64,000 nt of DNA from an uncultured Actinomycetes bacterium (GCA_963707585.1 CAVPQP010000010.1:26717-90716), one strand, 5' to 3'; shown: positions 9,376 to 19,488, numbered from the stretch's first letter. The notes: a model not told the origin generated them from the letters alone. Translations and numbers: made by a program.

Positions 9376-10758
9376 ATGGCACGTCCGAAGCGGCTCATGA
9401 TCGTGGGGCTCGACTGCGTCCCGCCCGAGATCGTGTTCGACGACATGCGCGCCGAGCTGCCCGTGCTCGCGGGCCTCATGGAGCGCGGGGCCTGGGGCAG
9501 GCTCGAGTCGTGCGACCCGCCCATCACCGTGCCGGCATGGTCGTGCATGATGTCGTCGAAGGATCCGGGCACGCTCGGCTTCTACGGCTTCCGCAACCGC
9601 AAGGACCACTCCTACGACGGCCTCGCCTTTGCGACCTCCGAGAAGGTCAAGGAGGACCGGCTGTGGGACATCCTCTCCCGCGCCGGCAAGCACGTGGTGG
9701 CGCTGGGAGTGCCGCAGACCTTCCCGCCCCGGCAGGTGAACGGCGAGATGGTGAGCTGCTTCCTGACGCCCTCCACCGACTCGCGCTACACCTATCCCGA
9801 GGCGCTCAAGGACGAGATCCGTGAGGTCGTCGGCGACTACATGGTGGACGTGCCCGACTACCGCACCGACGACCGCGAGCGGGTGGTGCGCGACATCAAC
9901 ACCATGACGCAGCGCCGCTTCAAGCTCGCGCGGCACCTGCGCGACACGCGGCCGTGGGACTTCTTCATGCTGGTCGAGATGGGGCCCGACCGCCTGCACC
10001 ACGCCCTGTGGCGCTTCTACGACCCCAACCACCCCGACTACGTGCCGGGCACCCCGCTCGAGGCGGCCTTCCGGGAGTACTACCGCTACCTCGACTCCGA
10101 GGTGGGCGCGCTGATCGAGGGCCTCGGCGACGACACGGCGGTCATGGTGGTCTCAGACCACGGCGCGCAGGCCATGTTCGGCGGCATCCAGATCAACGAG
10201 TGGCTGATGCAGAACGGCTACCTGACGCTCGTCGACCCGCCCACCGAGCAGACGCCGATCGGGCGCTGCACGATCGACTGGCCGCGGTCGCGAGTGTGGG
10301 CCGACGGCGGCTACTACTCGCGCATCTTCCTGAACGTGAAGGGCCGCGAGCCCGACGGTGTCGTCGATCCCGCCGACTACGAGCCCCTGCGCGACGAGCT
10401 GATCGCAAAGCTCGAGGCGCTGGGCGACGAGGAGGGCCGCTCGATCGGCACGCGGGTGTTCCGGCCGGAGGATCTGTACAAGACCGTGAACGGGGTCGCA
10501 CCCGACCTGATCGCCTACTTCGGCAACCTCGGCTGGCGCTCGATCGGCTCGGTCGGCGACGGCCGCGTGCAGGTGCGCGAGAACGACACCGGCCCCGACG
10601 ACGCCAACCACGCCAAGTTCGGCATCGCCGTCTTCGCCGGGCCCGGCATGCCCGCCACCGTGCCGGCGGACGCGCGCCTGTTCGACATCGCTCCGACCGT
10701 GCTGACCGCCCTGGGGCTGCCCGTGCCGGCGGACATGCAGGGCCGGAGCCTCGTCTGA
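9376..10758 (+). CDS. Type I phosphodiesterase/nucleotide pyrophosphatase family protein (alkaline-phosphatase superfamily), intact paralog of 3556-5176
   Basis: 460 aa from ATG 9376, in frame within listed ORF 8203..10758 (whose upstream part is antisense junk). Motifs LMIVGLDCVPPEI, PPITVPAWSCMMSSKDPGTLGFYGF and VMVVSDHGAQ. Confidence 0.85.
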   Translation: MARPKRLMIVGLDCVPPEIVFDDMRAELPVLAGLMERGAWGRLESCDPPITVPAWSCMMSSKDPGTLGFYGFRNRKDHSYDGLAFATSEKVKEDRLWDILSRAGKHVVALGVPQTFPPRQVNGEMVSCFLTPSTDSRYTYPEALKDEIREVVGDYMVDVPDYRTDDRERVVRDINTMTQRRFKLARHLRDTRPWDFFMLVEMGPDRLHHALWRFYDPNHPDYVPGTPLEAAFREYYRYLDSEVGALIEGLGDDTAVMVVSDHGAQAMFGGIQINEWLMQNGYLTLVDPPTEQTPIGRCTIDWPRSRVWADGGYYSRIFLNVKGREPDGVVDPADYEPLRDELIAKLEALGDEEGRSIGTRVFRPEDLYKTVNGVAPDLIAYFGNLGWRSIGSVGDGRVQVRENDTGPDDANHAKFGIAVFAGPGMPATVPADARLFDIAPTVLTALGLPVPADMQGRSLV

Positions 10759-10790
10759 TCGACCCGGTCGCGCTCCTGGACGAGCTGCGC

Positions 10791-11336
10791 ATGCTCGCCT
10801 ACGAGGGCCGCGCGTACGCCGAGAGCGAGTACGACCAGACCCGCTACCGGCGCCTGTGCCAGATCGTGGACGAGTTCTACGCCGACCTCGCCGGCCTGCC
10901 TGCGGCGGAGGTGGCCGCGCGCTTCGCGGCCGACCTGGGCACGCCGACGCCGAAGGTGGGGGCGACGGCGGTGATCCCGGGCGAGGACGGCCGCATCCTG
11001 CTCGACCGCCGGGCCGACGACGGCCGCTGGGGCCTGCCCGGCGGGTGGCTCGGGTCGAACGAGTCGCCTGAGGCGGGGGTCGTGCGCGAGGTGGCCGAGG
11101 AGACGGGCCTGCAGATCGAGATCGTGCGGCTGGGCATGGTCGGCTGGCGGGCGGCATCGCTGCCCGCGGCCCCGCACGGGCAGGTCGGGCTCGTGTACGT
11201 GTGCCGCGTCGTCGGCGGGGAGCTGCGCCAGAGCCACGAGTCGCTCGAGCTCGCCTGGCGGGATCCGGCCGACCCCGCGATCGAGTGGCACCTCGATCAC
11301 GGCCGCCGCGCCCGCATCGCGCTCGCATCCGCGTAG
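10791..11336 (+). CDS. NUDIX hydrolase with N-terminal helper domain
   Basis: Nudix box GGWLGSNESPEAGVVREVAEETGL. N-terminal LLDELRMLAYEGRAYAESEYDQTRYRRL resembles the Nudix N-terminal domain. The start is uncertain. ATG 10791 is the first canonical start. Homology-like sequence begins at CTG 10755, which overlaps the upstream TGA. Confidence 0.75.
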   Translation: MLAYEGRAYAESEYDQTRYRRLCQIVDEFYADLAGLPAAEVAARFAADLGTPTPKVGATAVIPGEDGRILLDRRADDGRWGLPGGWLGSNESPEAGVVREVAEETGLQIEIVRLGMVGWRAASLPAAPHGQVGLVYVCRVVGGELRQSHESLELAWRDPADPAIEWHLDHGRRARIALASA

Positions 11337-11364
11337 CGGCGGCGATCCGGCCAAGCGCTCTAAC

Positions 11365-13026
11365 ATGCCGCCCATGGCCACGCTGGCGGATCGGCGGCGG
11401 ACGATGGGCCGCGTGCGTGAGATCGCGCAGGTTGCGACGAAGCACGGCTTCGGCTTCGTGTTCGAGCGGCACGCGCTGCGGCGCTCGTCCGTGATCGAGG
11501 CCCAGAACCTGCCCGCCCTCGGCCGCCACCTGCGCGAGATGCTGGACGAGCTCGGGCCCACCTTCGTGAAGTTCGGGCAGCTGCTCTCGACCCGGCCCGA
11601 CATCGCGCCGCCCGAGATCGTGTCCGAGCTGCGCCTGCTGCAGGACTCGGTCTCGCCCGTGGCCTACAGCCAGATCGAGCGCGTCGTCGAGGCCGAGCTG
11701 CGCTCGCCGATCGACCGCCTGTTCACGAACTTCGACCCGGTGCCGGTGGCGGCCGCGTCGATCGGCCAGGTGCACTTCGCCGAGCTGCCCAACGGCCGCC
11801 GGGTGGCGGTCAAGGTGCAGCGGCCGAACGCCGCCCGCCAGGTCGAGTCCGACCTGAGCCTGCTCTACCAGGTCGCCCGGATCGTGCGCCGTCGCGTCGA
11901 CCGGCTCTCGTTCATCGATCCGGTGGCGGTGGTGGACGAGTTCGCGCGCTCGATCCGGCACGAGCTCGACTACCGCACCGAGGCCAGGAACGCCGAGATC
12001 TTCCGCCGCAACTTCGCCGAGGAGCCGCGCGTGGCCATCCCGCGCGTGTACGGCACCTACTCCAGCGAGCGGGTGCTGACGCTGGAGCGGCTCGAGGGCG
12101 TCCAGCTCGGCGACCTGGATCTCGCGGCCACGCCGATGGACGAGCGCCGCCGGCTCGCGATCCTGATCGCGGAGGCCTGGCTCGAGATGATCTTCCGCCA
12201 CGGGGTGTTCCACGGCGACCCGCATCCCGCGAACATCATGGTGCTCGGCGACGGCCGCCTGGGACTGGTCGACTTCGGCATGACCGGCTCGCTCAGCGAG
12301 GCGGACATGCGCCGGCTGACACGGCTCCTGCTCGATGCGGTGAACGAGAACGTGGACGCGCTGCCGCGGCGGCTGTACGACCTCGGCGTGCGGTTCAACA
12401 AGGAGCAGGAGGACGAGCTGCGGATCGAGCTGCGCGAGGTGTACTACCGCTACTACGGCGCCTCGATGGGCCAGATCGACCCGCTGCAGGTGATCCGCGA
12501 GGCCTTCGTGCTCGTGTCGCGCATGCACCTGCGCCTGCCGACCCGGTTCGCGCTGCTCGACAAGGCGCTCGCGACGCTCGGCAGCGTCGGCACCGAGCTC
12601 TACCCCGACTTCAACGTGTTCGAGGTGGCCGAGCCGTACGCCGCCGAGCTGGTCGCCCGCCGGTTCTCGCCGCGGCACCTGCTCGACCGCTCGAAGGAGG
12701 GGCTCGAAAGCTACGGCGGCCTGCTCATGGAGCTGCCCTACCAGGTGCACGACACGCTCGAGCAGCTGCGCGACGGCGAGGTCGAGGTGCAGTTCCGCCA
12801 CAAGGGCCTGGACGACCTCACCCGCCAGGCGGACATCGTCTTCAACCGGCTGGTCGTCGCGGTCGTGATGTCGGCGCTCCTGATCGGCTCGTCGCTCATC
12901 GGGATCTCGGCGCAGGGCGGCTGGCACATCTTCGGCATCCACGTCCTGGCGCTGGCGGGATTCCTCTCGGCGACGGCGCTCGGCGTGGTGCTCGTGCTCT
13001 CGATCGTGCGCAGCGGCCGGCTGTAG
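11365..13026 (+). CDS. ABC1/UbiB-family atypical kinase
   Basis: 553 aa. Motifs FVKFGQLLSTRPDIAPPEIVSELRLLQD, AAASIGQVH, VAVKVQRP and HGDPHPANIMV. Two C-terminal TM helices. Confidence 0.85.
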   Translation: MPPMATLADRRRTMGRVREIAQVATKHGFGFVFERHALRRSSVIEAQNLPALGRHLREMLDELGPTFVKFGQLLSTRPDIAPPEIVSELRLLQDSVSPVAYSQIERVVEAELRSPIDRLFTNFDPVPVAAASIGQVHFAELPNGRRVAVKVQRPNAARQVESDLSLLYQVARIVRRRVDRLSFIDPVAVVDEFARSIRHELDYRTEARNAEIFRRNFAEEPRVAIPRVYGTYSSERVLTLERLEGVQLGDLDLAATPMDERRRLAILIAEAWLEMIFRHGVFHGDPHPANIMVLGDGRLGLVDFGMTGSLSEADMRRLTRLLLDAVNENVDALPRRLYDLGVRFNKEQEDELRIELREVYYRYYGASMGQIDPLQVIREAFVLVSRMHLRLPTRFALLDKALATLGSVGTELYPDFNVFEVAEPYAAELVARRFSPRHLLDRSKEGLESYGGLLMELPYQVHDTLEQLRDGEVEVQFRHKGLDDLTRQADIVFNRLVVAVVMSALLIGSSLIGISAQGGWHIFGIHVLALAGFLSATALGVVLVLSIVRSGRL

Positions 13027-13034
13027 GTCCCTCG

Positions 13035-13820
13035 TCACCGCCGGTCGGCGGCGTGCCAGAACGCGGCGACGCGGCGGTTGAACGGCTCGCCCAGAAGCTG
13101 CGGCTGGTGGGCGGCGCCGGGGAAGACCGCCTCCTCGGCTCCCAGCTCCCGCACCAGCAGGTCGCAGACGGCGATGAAGGCGCGGCCGCCGATCTCGTGC
13201 GCCAGGAGTGGCACCGCGTCCCAGCCCCCGCGGGCGACCAGGGCCGGGAACGGGGCGGCCGCGAGCGCGGCGAGCGGGATGTCGGCCTCGACCGGGGTGC
13301 GCTCGCCCATCGAGCGCCGCACCGAGCGCCGGGCGACGTCGTTCAGCGTCGGGCCTTCACCCATGTCGAAGCCCCATGCAGCCAGGAACCCGCGCAGGTA
13401 CTCCTCCTCGGTCATGCCGGCCTGGTCGCCGATGTGGCGGTTCAGGCGCTCGATCATCTGCTCCACCGCCGGATCGCCCCGCACGAGCCCGAACGCGGGC
13501 GGCTCGATCAGTGTGAGCGAGCGCACCGACTGCGGCCTCCGGGCGGCGGCGAGCATGCACACGATGGCGCCGTAGGAGTGCCCGAGCACGTGCATCGGCC
13601 GGTCGAGCAGCCGCACCAGATCGTCGGTCTCGGGCTCGAAGTCGACCCGCCCGGCGCCGTCGGGGCTGCGGCCGAACCCGCGCCGGTCGACCACGTGCAG
13701 CTCGAACTCCGCCGCCAGCGGGCGCTGCTCGGAGAAGGCGAGGGCGCCGAAGCTCATGCTGCCGTGCACGAGCAGCGCCGCAGGGCCTGACCCGCAGACG
13801 CTGACGTGCAGGTCGGGCAT
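13035..13820 (-). CDS. Alpha/beta hydrolase
   Basis: LLVHGS oxyanion region and nucleophile elbow GHSYGA. The ORF is open up to GTG 13862. I prefer ATG 13820 (MPDLHVSVCGSGP...), so the start is uncertain. Confidence 0.7.
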   Translation of the reverse strand: MPDLHVSVCGSGPAALLVHGSMSFGALAFSEQRPLAAEFELHVVDRRGFGRSPDGAGRVDFEPETDDLVRLLDRPMHVLGHSYGAIVCMLAAARRPQSVRSLTLIEPPAFGLVRGDPAVEQMIERLNRHIGDQAGMTEEEYLRGFLAAWGFDMGEGPTLNDVARRSVRRSMGERTPVEADIPLAALAAAPFPALVARGGWDAVPLLAHEIGGRAFIAVCDLLVRELGAEEAVFPGAAHQPQLLGEPFNRRVAAFWHAADRR

Positions 13821-13881
13821 GGCCGCATTCAAGCATGCGCCCTGCTCGAGCGACGTCCGCACCCCTCCTTAGCATGGGAGG

Positions 13882-16230
13882 ATGGAGACGTCCCCCCGCT
13901 GGCTCATCGACGCCTGCCCGCCGCAGGCGGCCGCCGACCTGGCGGCGGAGCTCGGGGTGCATCGCACCACGGCCGAGGTGCTCGTGCGCCGCGGCCACCG
14001 CACCGCCGCGGCCGCGCGCTCGTTCCTCGACCTGGACGGCCCCATCCACGATCCGCTGCTCCTCGGCGACATGGCCGCCGCCTGCGAGCGCATCGGCCGT
14101 GCCATCGCGGCGGGCGAGCGCGTGTGCGTGCACGGCGACTACGACGCCGACGGCATCTGCGCCACCGCGCTCGCCGTTCTGGCGCTGCGTGAGCTCGGTG
14201 CCGACGTCGACTGGCACGTGCCGAGCCGCTTCGACGAGGGCTACGGCCTCGCCGCCGAGACGGTCGAGCGGCTGGCGGGCGACGGCGTGAAGCTGCTCGT
14301 CACCGTCGACTGCGGCATCACGGCGGCCGACCAGGTCGACCGCGCCGCCGCCCTCGGCATGGACGTGATCGTGACCGACCACCACCGTCCGGCCGACGTG
14401 CTGCCCGCCTGCCCGCTCGTGTGCACGCGGCCGTCCGAGTATCCGTTCCCCGAGCTGTCCGGCACCGGTGTCGTCTTCAAGCTCGCCCAGGCCCTCTTCG
14501 CCCAGGCCGGCCGCGACCCGGCCGCGCTCGAGCTGCACCTCGACCTGGTCGCGCTCGCGACGATCGCCGACGTCGTGCCGCTCGTCGACGAGAACCGCGG
14601 GCTCGTCCGGGCGGGGCTGCGCCGGCTCGCCCGCACCACCCGCCCCGGCCTGCGCGCGCTCATGGCGAGCGCCCGCGTCGACCGGGCCCGGATCGGCGCG
14701 TCCGACGTCGGCTTCCGGCTCGCTCCCCGCATCAACGCCGCCGGGCGCCTGTGCCACCCCGGCGAGGCGCTCGAGCTGCTCCTGACCGACGACGATGCCC
14801 GCGCACGCGCGCTCGCGACGCGCCTCGAGGGGCTGAACCGCGAGCGCCAGAGCGTCGAGGACGCGATCCTGCGCGATGCCCTCGACCAGCTCGAGGCCCG
14901 CGGCGAGGAGTGGCGGCAGCGGCGCGCATACGTGCTCTCATCGCCTGACTGGCACGAGGGCGTGGTCGGCATCGTCGCCTCGCGCCTCGTCGAGCGCTGC
15001 GGCCGGGCGGTGGTGCTGATCGCCGAGCGCGGCGAGGAGGGCAAGGGCTCGGGCCGCAGCATCCCGGCCTACGACCTGCACGCCGGCCTCTCGGCCTGCC
15101 GCGAGCACCTGCAGCGCTACGGCGGCCATCGCGTCGCCGCCGGGGTGACGCTGGCGACGGGCGACATCGAGGCTTTCGCCGACGCGCTGGCGGCGCACGC
15201 AGAGGCCGCGCTCGCCGAGTGCGACCTGCAGCCCCGGCAGCGCATCGACGCGGTGCTGGCCCCGGCCGAGGCGTCGCTCGAGCTGGCAGATGAGCTGGCG
15301 CTGCTGGAGCCATGCGGGCTCGGCAACCCCGGCGTCGTGCTGCTCGCCCCGGCCGCGTCGGTGAACGGCGTCGAGCGGATGGGCGACGGCCGCCACCTGC
15401 GCATGTCCATCGAGCTCGGCGGGTTCCGCTGCCGCGCCGTGTGGTTCGGCCACGGCGGCGCGGCCGACGACCTGCGGGCCGGCGGCCGCCAGGACGTCGC
15501 CTACCGGCTGTCGCGCAACGAGTGGAACGGGGCCGCGTCGGTGCAGATGCTCGTGCGCGCCGTCGGCGCGGTGCCCGATGGCCTGCCGGTGACGGCCCTC
15601 GATGCCGCCGCGGTCGCGCCCGACCAGACGCCCGCCCCCGCACGCGTCGAGGACATGCGCGGCCGGGGCGTGCAGGTGGCCACGATCGCCCGCCTCGTCG
15701 CCGCCGGAGAGCGGGTGATGGTGCTCGTCGCCGACACCCGCCGCCGCCGCGGCATGCTCGGCGGCCCGCTGGCGCCGGCCAGGCTCGGCACGGGCGCCGT
15801 GGCGCTCGCCGAGTACGCCGAGGCCGCCCGGATCGCCGATCCGGAGCGCTGCTTCGGCGCCGTCGTCGCGCTCGACCCGCCCGCCGACCGGGCCGGGGGA
15901 GAGCTGCTGGCCGAGCTCGGCTCGCGCATGCCGGTGCACCTGGTGTGGGGCGAGGCCGAGATCCAGTTCGCCCGCCAGGTGCTCGAGGCGCGCGAGCCGC
16001 TGCGGCCGGCGCTGGTCGTCGTCTGGCAGGCCCTGCGCTCGGGCGAGAACCGCATCCCGCTCGCCCCCGACACGGTCGCGCGCTGCCGCACGGTCCTCGC
16101 CGAGGTCGGGCTCGATCCGGCCGAGCAGGGCGGGGGCGAGCGCATCGACCTGAACGCCTCTCCCACCTACCGCGCGGCCGTCGAGCGGGTCGAGGACTCG
16201 GTGCGGTTCCTGCAATCCCAGGCGGGGTGA
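13882..16230 (+). CDS. recJ: Single-stranded-DNA-specific exonuclease RecJ (long form)
   Basis: 782 aa. DHH motifs VHGDYDADGICA, VTVDCGI and VTDHHRP. DHHA1 region GGHRVAAG. C-terminal extension as in the long RecJ forms. Confidence 0.9.
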   Translation: METSPRWLIDACPPQAAADLAAELGVHRTTAEVLVRRGHRTAAAARSFLDLDGPIHDPLLLGDMAAACERIGRAIAAGERVCVHGDYDADGICATALAVLALRELGADVDWHVPSRFDEGYGLAAETVERLAGDGVKLLVTVDCGITAADQVDRAAALGMDVIVTDHHRPADVLPACPLVCTRPSEYPFPELSGTGVVFKLAQALFAQAGRDPAALELHLDLVALATIADVVPLVDENRGLVRAGLRRLARTTRPGLRALMASARVDRARIGASDVGFRLAPRINAAGRLCHPGEALELLLTDDDARARALATRLEGLNRERQSVEDAILRDALDQLEARGEEWRQRRAYVLSSPDWHEGVVGIVASRLVERCGRAVVLIAERGEEGKGSGRSIPAYDLHAGLSACREHLQRYGGHRVAAGVTLATGDIEAFADALAAHAEAALAECDLQPRQRIDAVLAPAEASLELADELALLEPCGLGNPGVVLLAPAASVNGVERMGDGRHLRMSIELGGFRCRAVWFGHGGAADDLRAGGRQDVAYRLSRNEWNGAASVQMLVRAVGAVPDGLPVTALDAAAVAPDQTPAPARVEDMRGRGVQVATIARLVAAGERVMVLVADTRRRRGMLGGPLAPARLGTGAVALAEYAEAARIADPERCFGAVVALDPPADRAGGELLAELGSRMPVHLVWGEAEIQFARQVLEAREPLRPALVVVWQALRSGENRIPLAPDTVARCRTVLAEVGLDPAEQGGGERIDLNASPTYRAAVERVEDSVRFLQSQAG

Positions 16231-16264
16231 GGGCCGCCCCGCCCCCCTCAACTACCATACGGGT

Positions 16265-18487
16265 ATGGCAACGGTGCCCCGAAGCGCCGAGGCCGAACGG
16301 CACGACCACCTGCTGGTGGAGCTGCTCGGCCGGATCGCGGCGTACAACCCGAATCTCGACGCGGAGCAGATTCGCGCCGCGTTCGACTACGCCTGCGACC
16401 ACCATGCCGGCCAGGTGCGCAAGAGCGGCGAGCCGTTCATCCACCATCCCTGCGCCGTCGCCGAGATCTGCGCCGAGCTGAAGCTCGACTCGGCCACGAT
16501 CACCGCCGCCCTGCTCCACGACACGGTCGAGGACACCGACGCCGAGATCGAGGACGTGCGGGCGCGCTTCGGCGAGGACGTCGCGCTGCTCGTCGACGGC
16601 GTCACGAAGCTGACCCGGATCAGCTTCGCGAGCCGCGAGCAGGCCCAGGTCGAGAACTACCGCAAGATGATCGTGGCGATGGCCCACGATCTGCGCGTCG
16701 TCCTGATCAAGCTCGCCGACCGCCTGCACAACATGCGCACGATCTCTGCGCTCGGCAAGCAGAAGCAGGTGCAGACCGCCCGCGAGACGCTCGAGATCTA
16801 CGCGCCGCTCGCCCACCGGCTGGGCATCAACTCGATCAAGTGGGAGCTCGAGGACCTGGCCTTCGCCTGCCTGCACCCGCGCCGCTACGCCGAGATCGGG
16901 GCGATGGTCAGCCAGACGCGCACCGAGCGCGAGGGCTTCGCCGGCGAGGCGGGCACGATCCTGCTGCACGAGCTCGAGGAGGCCGGCATCAAGGCCGACA
17001 TCGCCGGCCGGGCCAAGCACCTGTACTCGATCTACACCAAGATGGCCCAGGGCGGCAAGGAGTTCAACGAGATCTACGACCTGACCGCGATCCGCGTCCT
17101 GGTCGACTCGGTCAAGGACTGCTACGGCGCCATCGGCATCATCCACTCGCTGTGGAAGCCGATGCCGGGGCGGTTCAAGGACTACGTCGCGATGCCCAAG
17201 TTCAACATGTACCAGTCGCTGCACACGACGGTGATCGGGACGCAGGGAAAGCCGCTCGAGATCCAGGTGCGCACCCACGAGATGCACCAGACCGCCGAGT
17301 ACGGCATCGCCGCCCACTGGCTGTACAAGCAGCCGTCGTCAGCGTCGGCGTCGGGGAAGGCCTCCGCGAACGCGTGGGTGGCCCAGCTGGCCGACTGGCA
17401 GGCCGATGCGCGCGACCCCAAGGAGTTCATGGACACGCTGCGCGTCGACCTGTTCTCCGACGAGGTCTACGTGTTCACGCCGAAGGGCGAGGTGAAGAGC
17501 CTGCCGGTCGGCTCGACGCCGCTCGACTTCGCCTACGCCGTCCACACCGACGTCGGCCACCGCTGTGTCGGCGCGAAGGTGAACGGGCGCATCGTCCCGC
17601 TGCACTACGTGCTGCAGTCGGGCGAGTTCGTCGAGGTGCTGACCTCGAAGCAGGAGCGGGGGCCGTCGCGCGACTGGCTGATGCTCGTGAAGTCGTCGCG
17701 GGCGCGCAACAAGATCCGGCAGTGGTTCACCCAGCAGGCGCGCGAGGACCTCGAGCAGCGCGGGCGGGAGTCGCTGCAGCAGGCGCTGAAGTCGAACGGC
17801 CTGCCGCACCAGAAGGTGTCCTCGTCGCCGCTCCTGGCCGGGATCATCCGCGAGATGGGCTTCAAGAAGGCCGACGACTTCTACGTCGCCATCGGCGGCG
17901 GCAAGATCCAGGTCGGCCAGGTCGTGAGCAAGCTGATCGGACGATTGAAGACCGTCGAGGTCGTCTCGCCCGAGGAGCAGTTCACACCGGCCCGGCGCCC
18001 GCAGAAGCGGCCCGTGGCGAGCTCGGAGTACGGCATCGTGGTCGACGAGGCCGGCGACCCCGACGTGCTCGTGCGCATGGCCAAGTGCTGCACGCCCGTC
18101 CCCGGCGACGAGATCTGCGGCTACATCTCGCTCGGCCGCGGCATCACGATCCACCGCGACGACTGCCCCAACGTGCGCGCGCTGCGACGCACGCCGGAGC
18201 GGTTCACGCCCGTGCACTGGGACGATTCCGACGTGGCCACGAGCTCGTTCCGGGTGACGATCGCCCTGCAGTCGTGGGACCGCCCGCGGCTGCTCGAGGA
18301 CGTCGCCCGCACGTTCGCCGAGCACGGCGCGAACATCGTCGAGTACGGCGGCCATGTCTCCGACCAGATGGCCCGCAACTGGTACACGGTCGAGGTGGGC
18401 GACGTGAAGGAGCTGCGCAGCCTGCTCTCGGCGCTTCGCAATGTCGACGCCGTCTTCGACGCCTACCGGGTGACGCCCGGCGGCTGA
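16265..18487 (+). CDS. rel: Bifunctional (p)ppGpp synthetase/hydrolase Rel (RelA/SpoT family)
   Basis: 740 aa. HD domain HHPCAVAEI...LLHDTVEDT. Synthetase region YSIYTKM...DLTAIRVLV. TGS domain (VFTPKGEVKSLPVGSTPLDFAY) and C-terminal ACT-like domain. Confidence 0.95.
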   Translation: MATVPRSAEAERHDHLLVELLGRIAAYNPNLDAEQIRAAFDYACDHHAGQVRKSGEPFIHHPCAVAEICAELKLDSATITAALLHDTVEDTDAEIEDVRARFGEDVALLVDGVTKLTRISFASREQAQVENYRKMIVAMAHDLRVVLIKLADRLHNMRTISALGKQKQVQTARETLEIYAPLAHRLGINSIKWELEDLAFACLHPRRYAEIGAMVSQTRTEREGFAGEAGTILLHELEEAGIKADIAGRAKHLYSIYTKMAQGGKEFNEIYDLTAIRVLVDSVKDCYGAIGIIHSLWKPMPGRFKDYVAMPKFNMYQSLHTTVIGTQGKPLEIQVRTHEMHQTAEYGIAAHWLYKQPSSASASGKASANAWVAQLADWQADARDPKEFMDTLRVDLFSDEVYVFTPKGEVKSLPVGSTPLDFAYAVHTDVGHRCVGAKVNGRIVPLHYVLQSGEFVEVLTSKQERGPSRDWLMLVKSSRARNKIRQWFTQQAREDLEQRGRESLQQALKSNGLPHQKVSSSPLLAGIIREMGFKKADDFYVAIGGGKIQVGQVVSKLIGRLKTVEVVSPEEQFTPARRPQKRPVASSEYGIVVDEAGDPDVLVRMAKCCTPVPGDEICGYISLGRGITIHRDDCPNVRALRRTPERFTPVHWDDSDVATSSFRVTIALQSWDRPRLLEDVARTFAEHGANIVEYGGHVSDQMARNWYTVEVGDVKELRSLLSALRNVDAVFDAYRVTPGG

Positions 18488-18507
18488 GCATCGGTAGACT
18501 CCCGCCG

Positions 18508-19029
18508 GTGAGCGGGTACGAAGGCGAGACGACGCTGTGGCAGGGCCATCCGAGCTGGAAGGCCATGCTGCTCTTCTACATCCGATGGACGCTGATCTCG
18601 CTGATCCCGATCGCGCTCTGGGTGGTGCTCGACGTCGCCGGCCAGAACGTCACGCCGACGTGGCTCTCGACGGCGACGATCGTCCTGCTCGTCCTCACCT
18701 ACGTGATCGGCTGGGTGCGGCGGGTCACGACGCGCTACCTGGTCACCGACCGCCGGATCCAGATCCGGGTGGGCATCGCCAGCCGCCGTGAGCGCACCAC
18801 CCACATCGATCGCGTCCAGAACGTGAACCTGACCCAGTCGCTCGCCCAGCGCATCCTCGGCATCGGCGACGTCGACTGGGACACCGCCGGGACGGACGCG
18901 CCCGAGTCCGACTTCACCTTCCGCGGCATCGACGACCCGAGCGCGCTCGTGCGCATCGCCGACCGCTTCCACGTCGAGTCGATGCGCACCGCCGCCGACC
19001 CGCCACCGTCAGCGCCGCAGGTGCCGTAG
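18508..19029 (+). CDS. Membrane protein with bacterial PH domain (bPH_2, YdbS/YdbT-like)
   Basis: GTG 18508, in frame within listed ORF 16840..19029. Two TM helices, then YLVTDRRIQIRVG...VNLTQSLAQRILGIGDVDW. Confidence 0.7.
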   Translation: MSGYEGETTLWQGHPSWKAMLLFYIRWTLISLIPIALWVVLDVAGQNVTPTWLSTATIVLLVLTYVIGWVRRVTTRYLVTDRRIQIRVGIASRRERTTHIDRVQNVNLTQSLAQRILGIGDVDWDTAGTDAPESDFTFRGIDDPSALVRIADRFHVESMRTAADPPPSAPQVP

Positions 19030-19042
19030 GCGCACGCAGGCC

Positions 19043-19396
19043 GTGACGAGCACCGACGCAGCCGCCATCCGGGAGCTTGCGCTCTCGTTTCCCGACGCCC
19101 GCGAGGACCACCCGTTCGGCCCCGAGAGCCACGTGTTCAAGGTGGGGGGCGGCAGCCGCATGTTCGCGATCCTGCACGACGGCCCGCCGGTCACGGCGAC
19201 GCTCAAGCTGACGAAGGAGGAGCGCGAGATCGCGCTCACGCTGCCGTTCGTGTCCGAGGCCAAGTACGTCGGCCGCTACGGCTGGGTGACGGCGCGGGTG
19301 GAGGACGGCGACTGCCTGGAGGCCGCGCTCGAGTGGCTGCGCGAGTCCTACTGGCTGCGGGCGCCGGAAGGCACGCGCGAGGCCGCCTGGGCGTAG
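19043..19396 (+). CDS. MmcQ/YjbR-family protein
   Basis: 117 aa. DHPFGPESHVFKVGG..MFAIL and GWVTARV resemble the MmcQ/YjbR fold family. Assigned by motif memory only. Confidence 0.6.
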   Translation: MTSTDAAAIRELALSFPDAREDHPFGPESHVFKVGGGSRMFAILHDGPPVTATLKLTKEEREIALTLPFVSEAKYVGRYGWVTARVEDGDCLEAALEWLRESYWLRAPEGTREAAWA

Positions 19397-19488
19397 CCAC
19401 GCACGGGACGGGCGCGCCCCTCGGGCGCCTCGAGCCTCCCGTTACGAAGTTGCCCCTGTCCGTTGAGGGCGGTACCTTGACCCGCGCA

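Noticed and set aside
10153-13038. 961-aa minus-strand ORF. Similar giants occur at 14732..17317 (861 aa), 19599..23108 (1169 aa), 59523..62819 (1098 aa), 165..2474 (769 aa) and 37334..38545 (the upstream part of the 1042-aa ORF).
   Set aside because: All lie antisense to, or out of frame with, genes that carry strong family motifs (UbiB, recJ/rel, the permease, carB, secDF, zwf). Their translations are monotonous Arg/Ala/Pro/Gly/Asp-rich strings. This is typical of stop-codon-poor alternative frames in DNA of about 70% GC.
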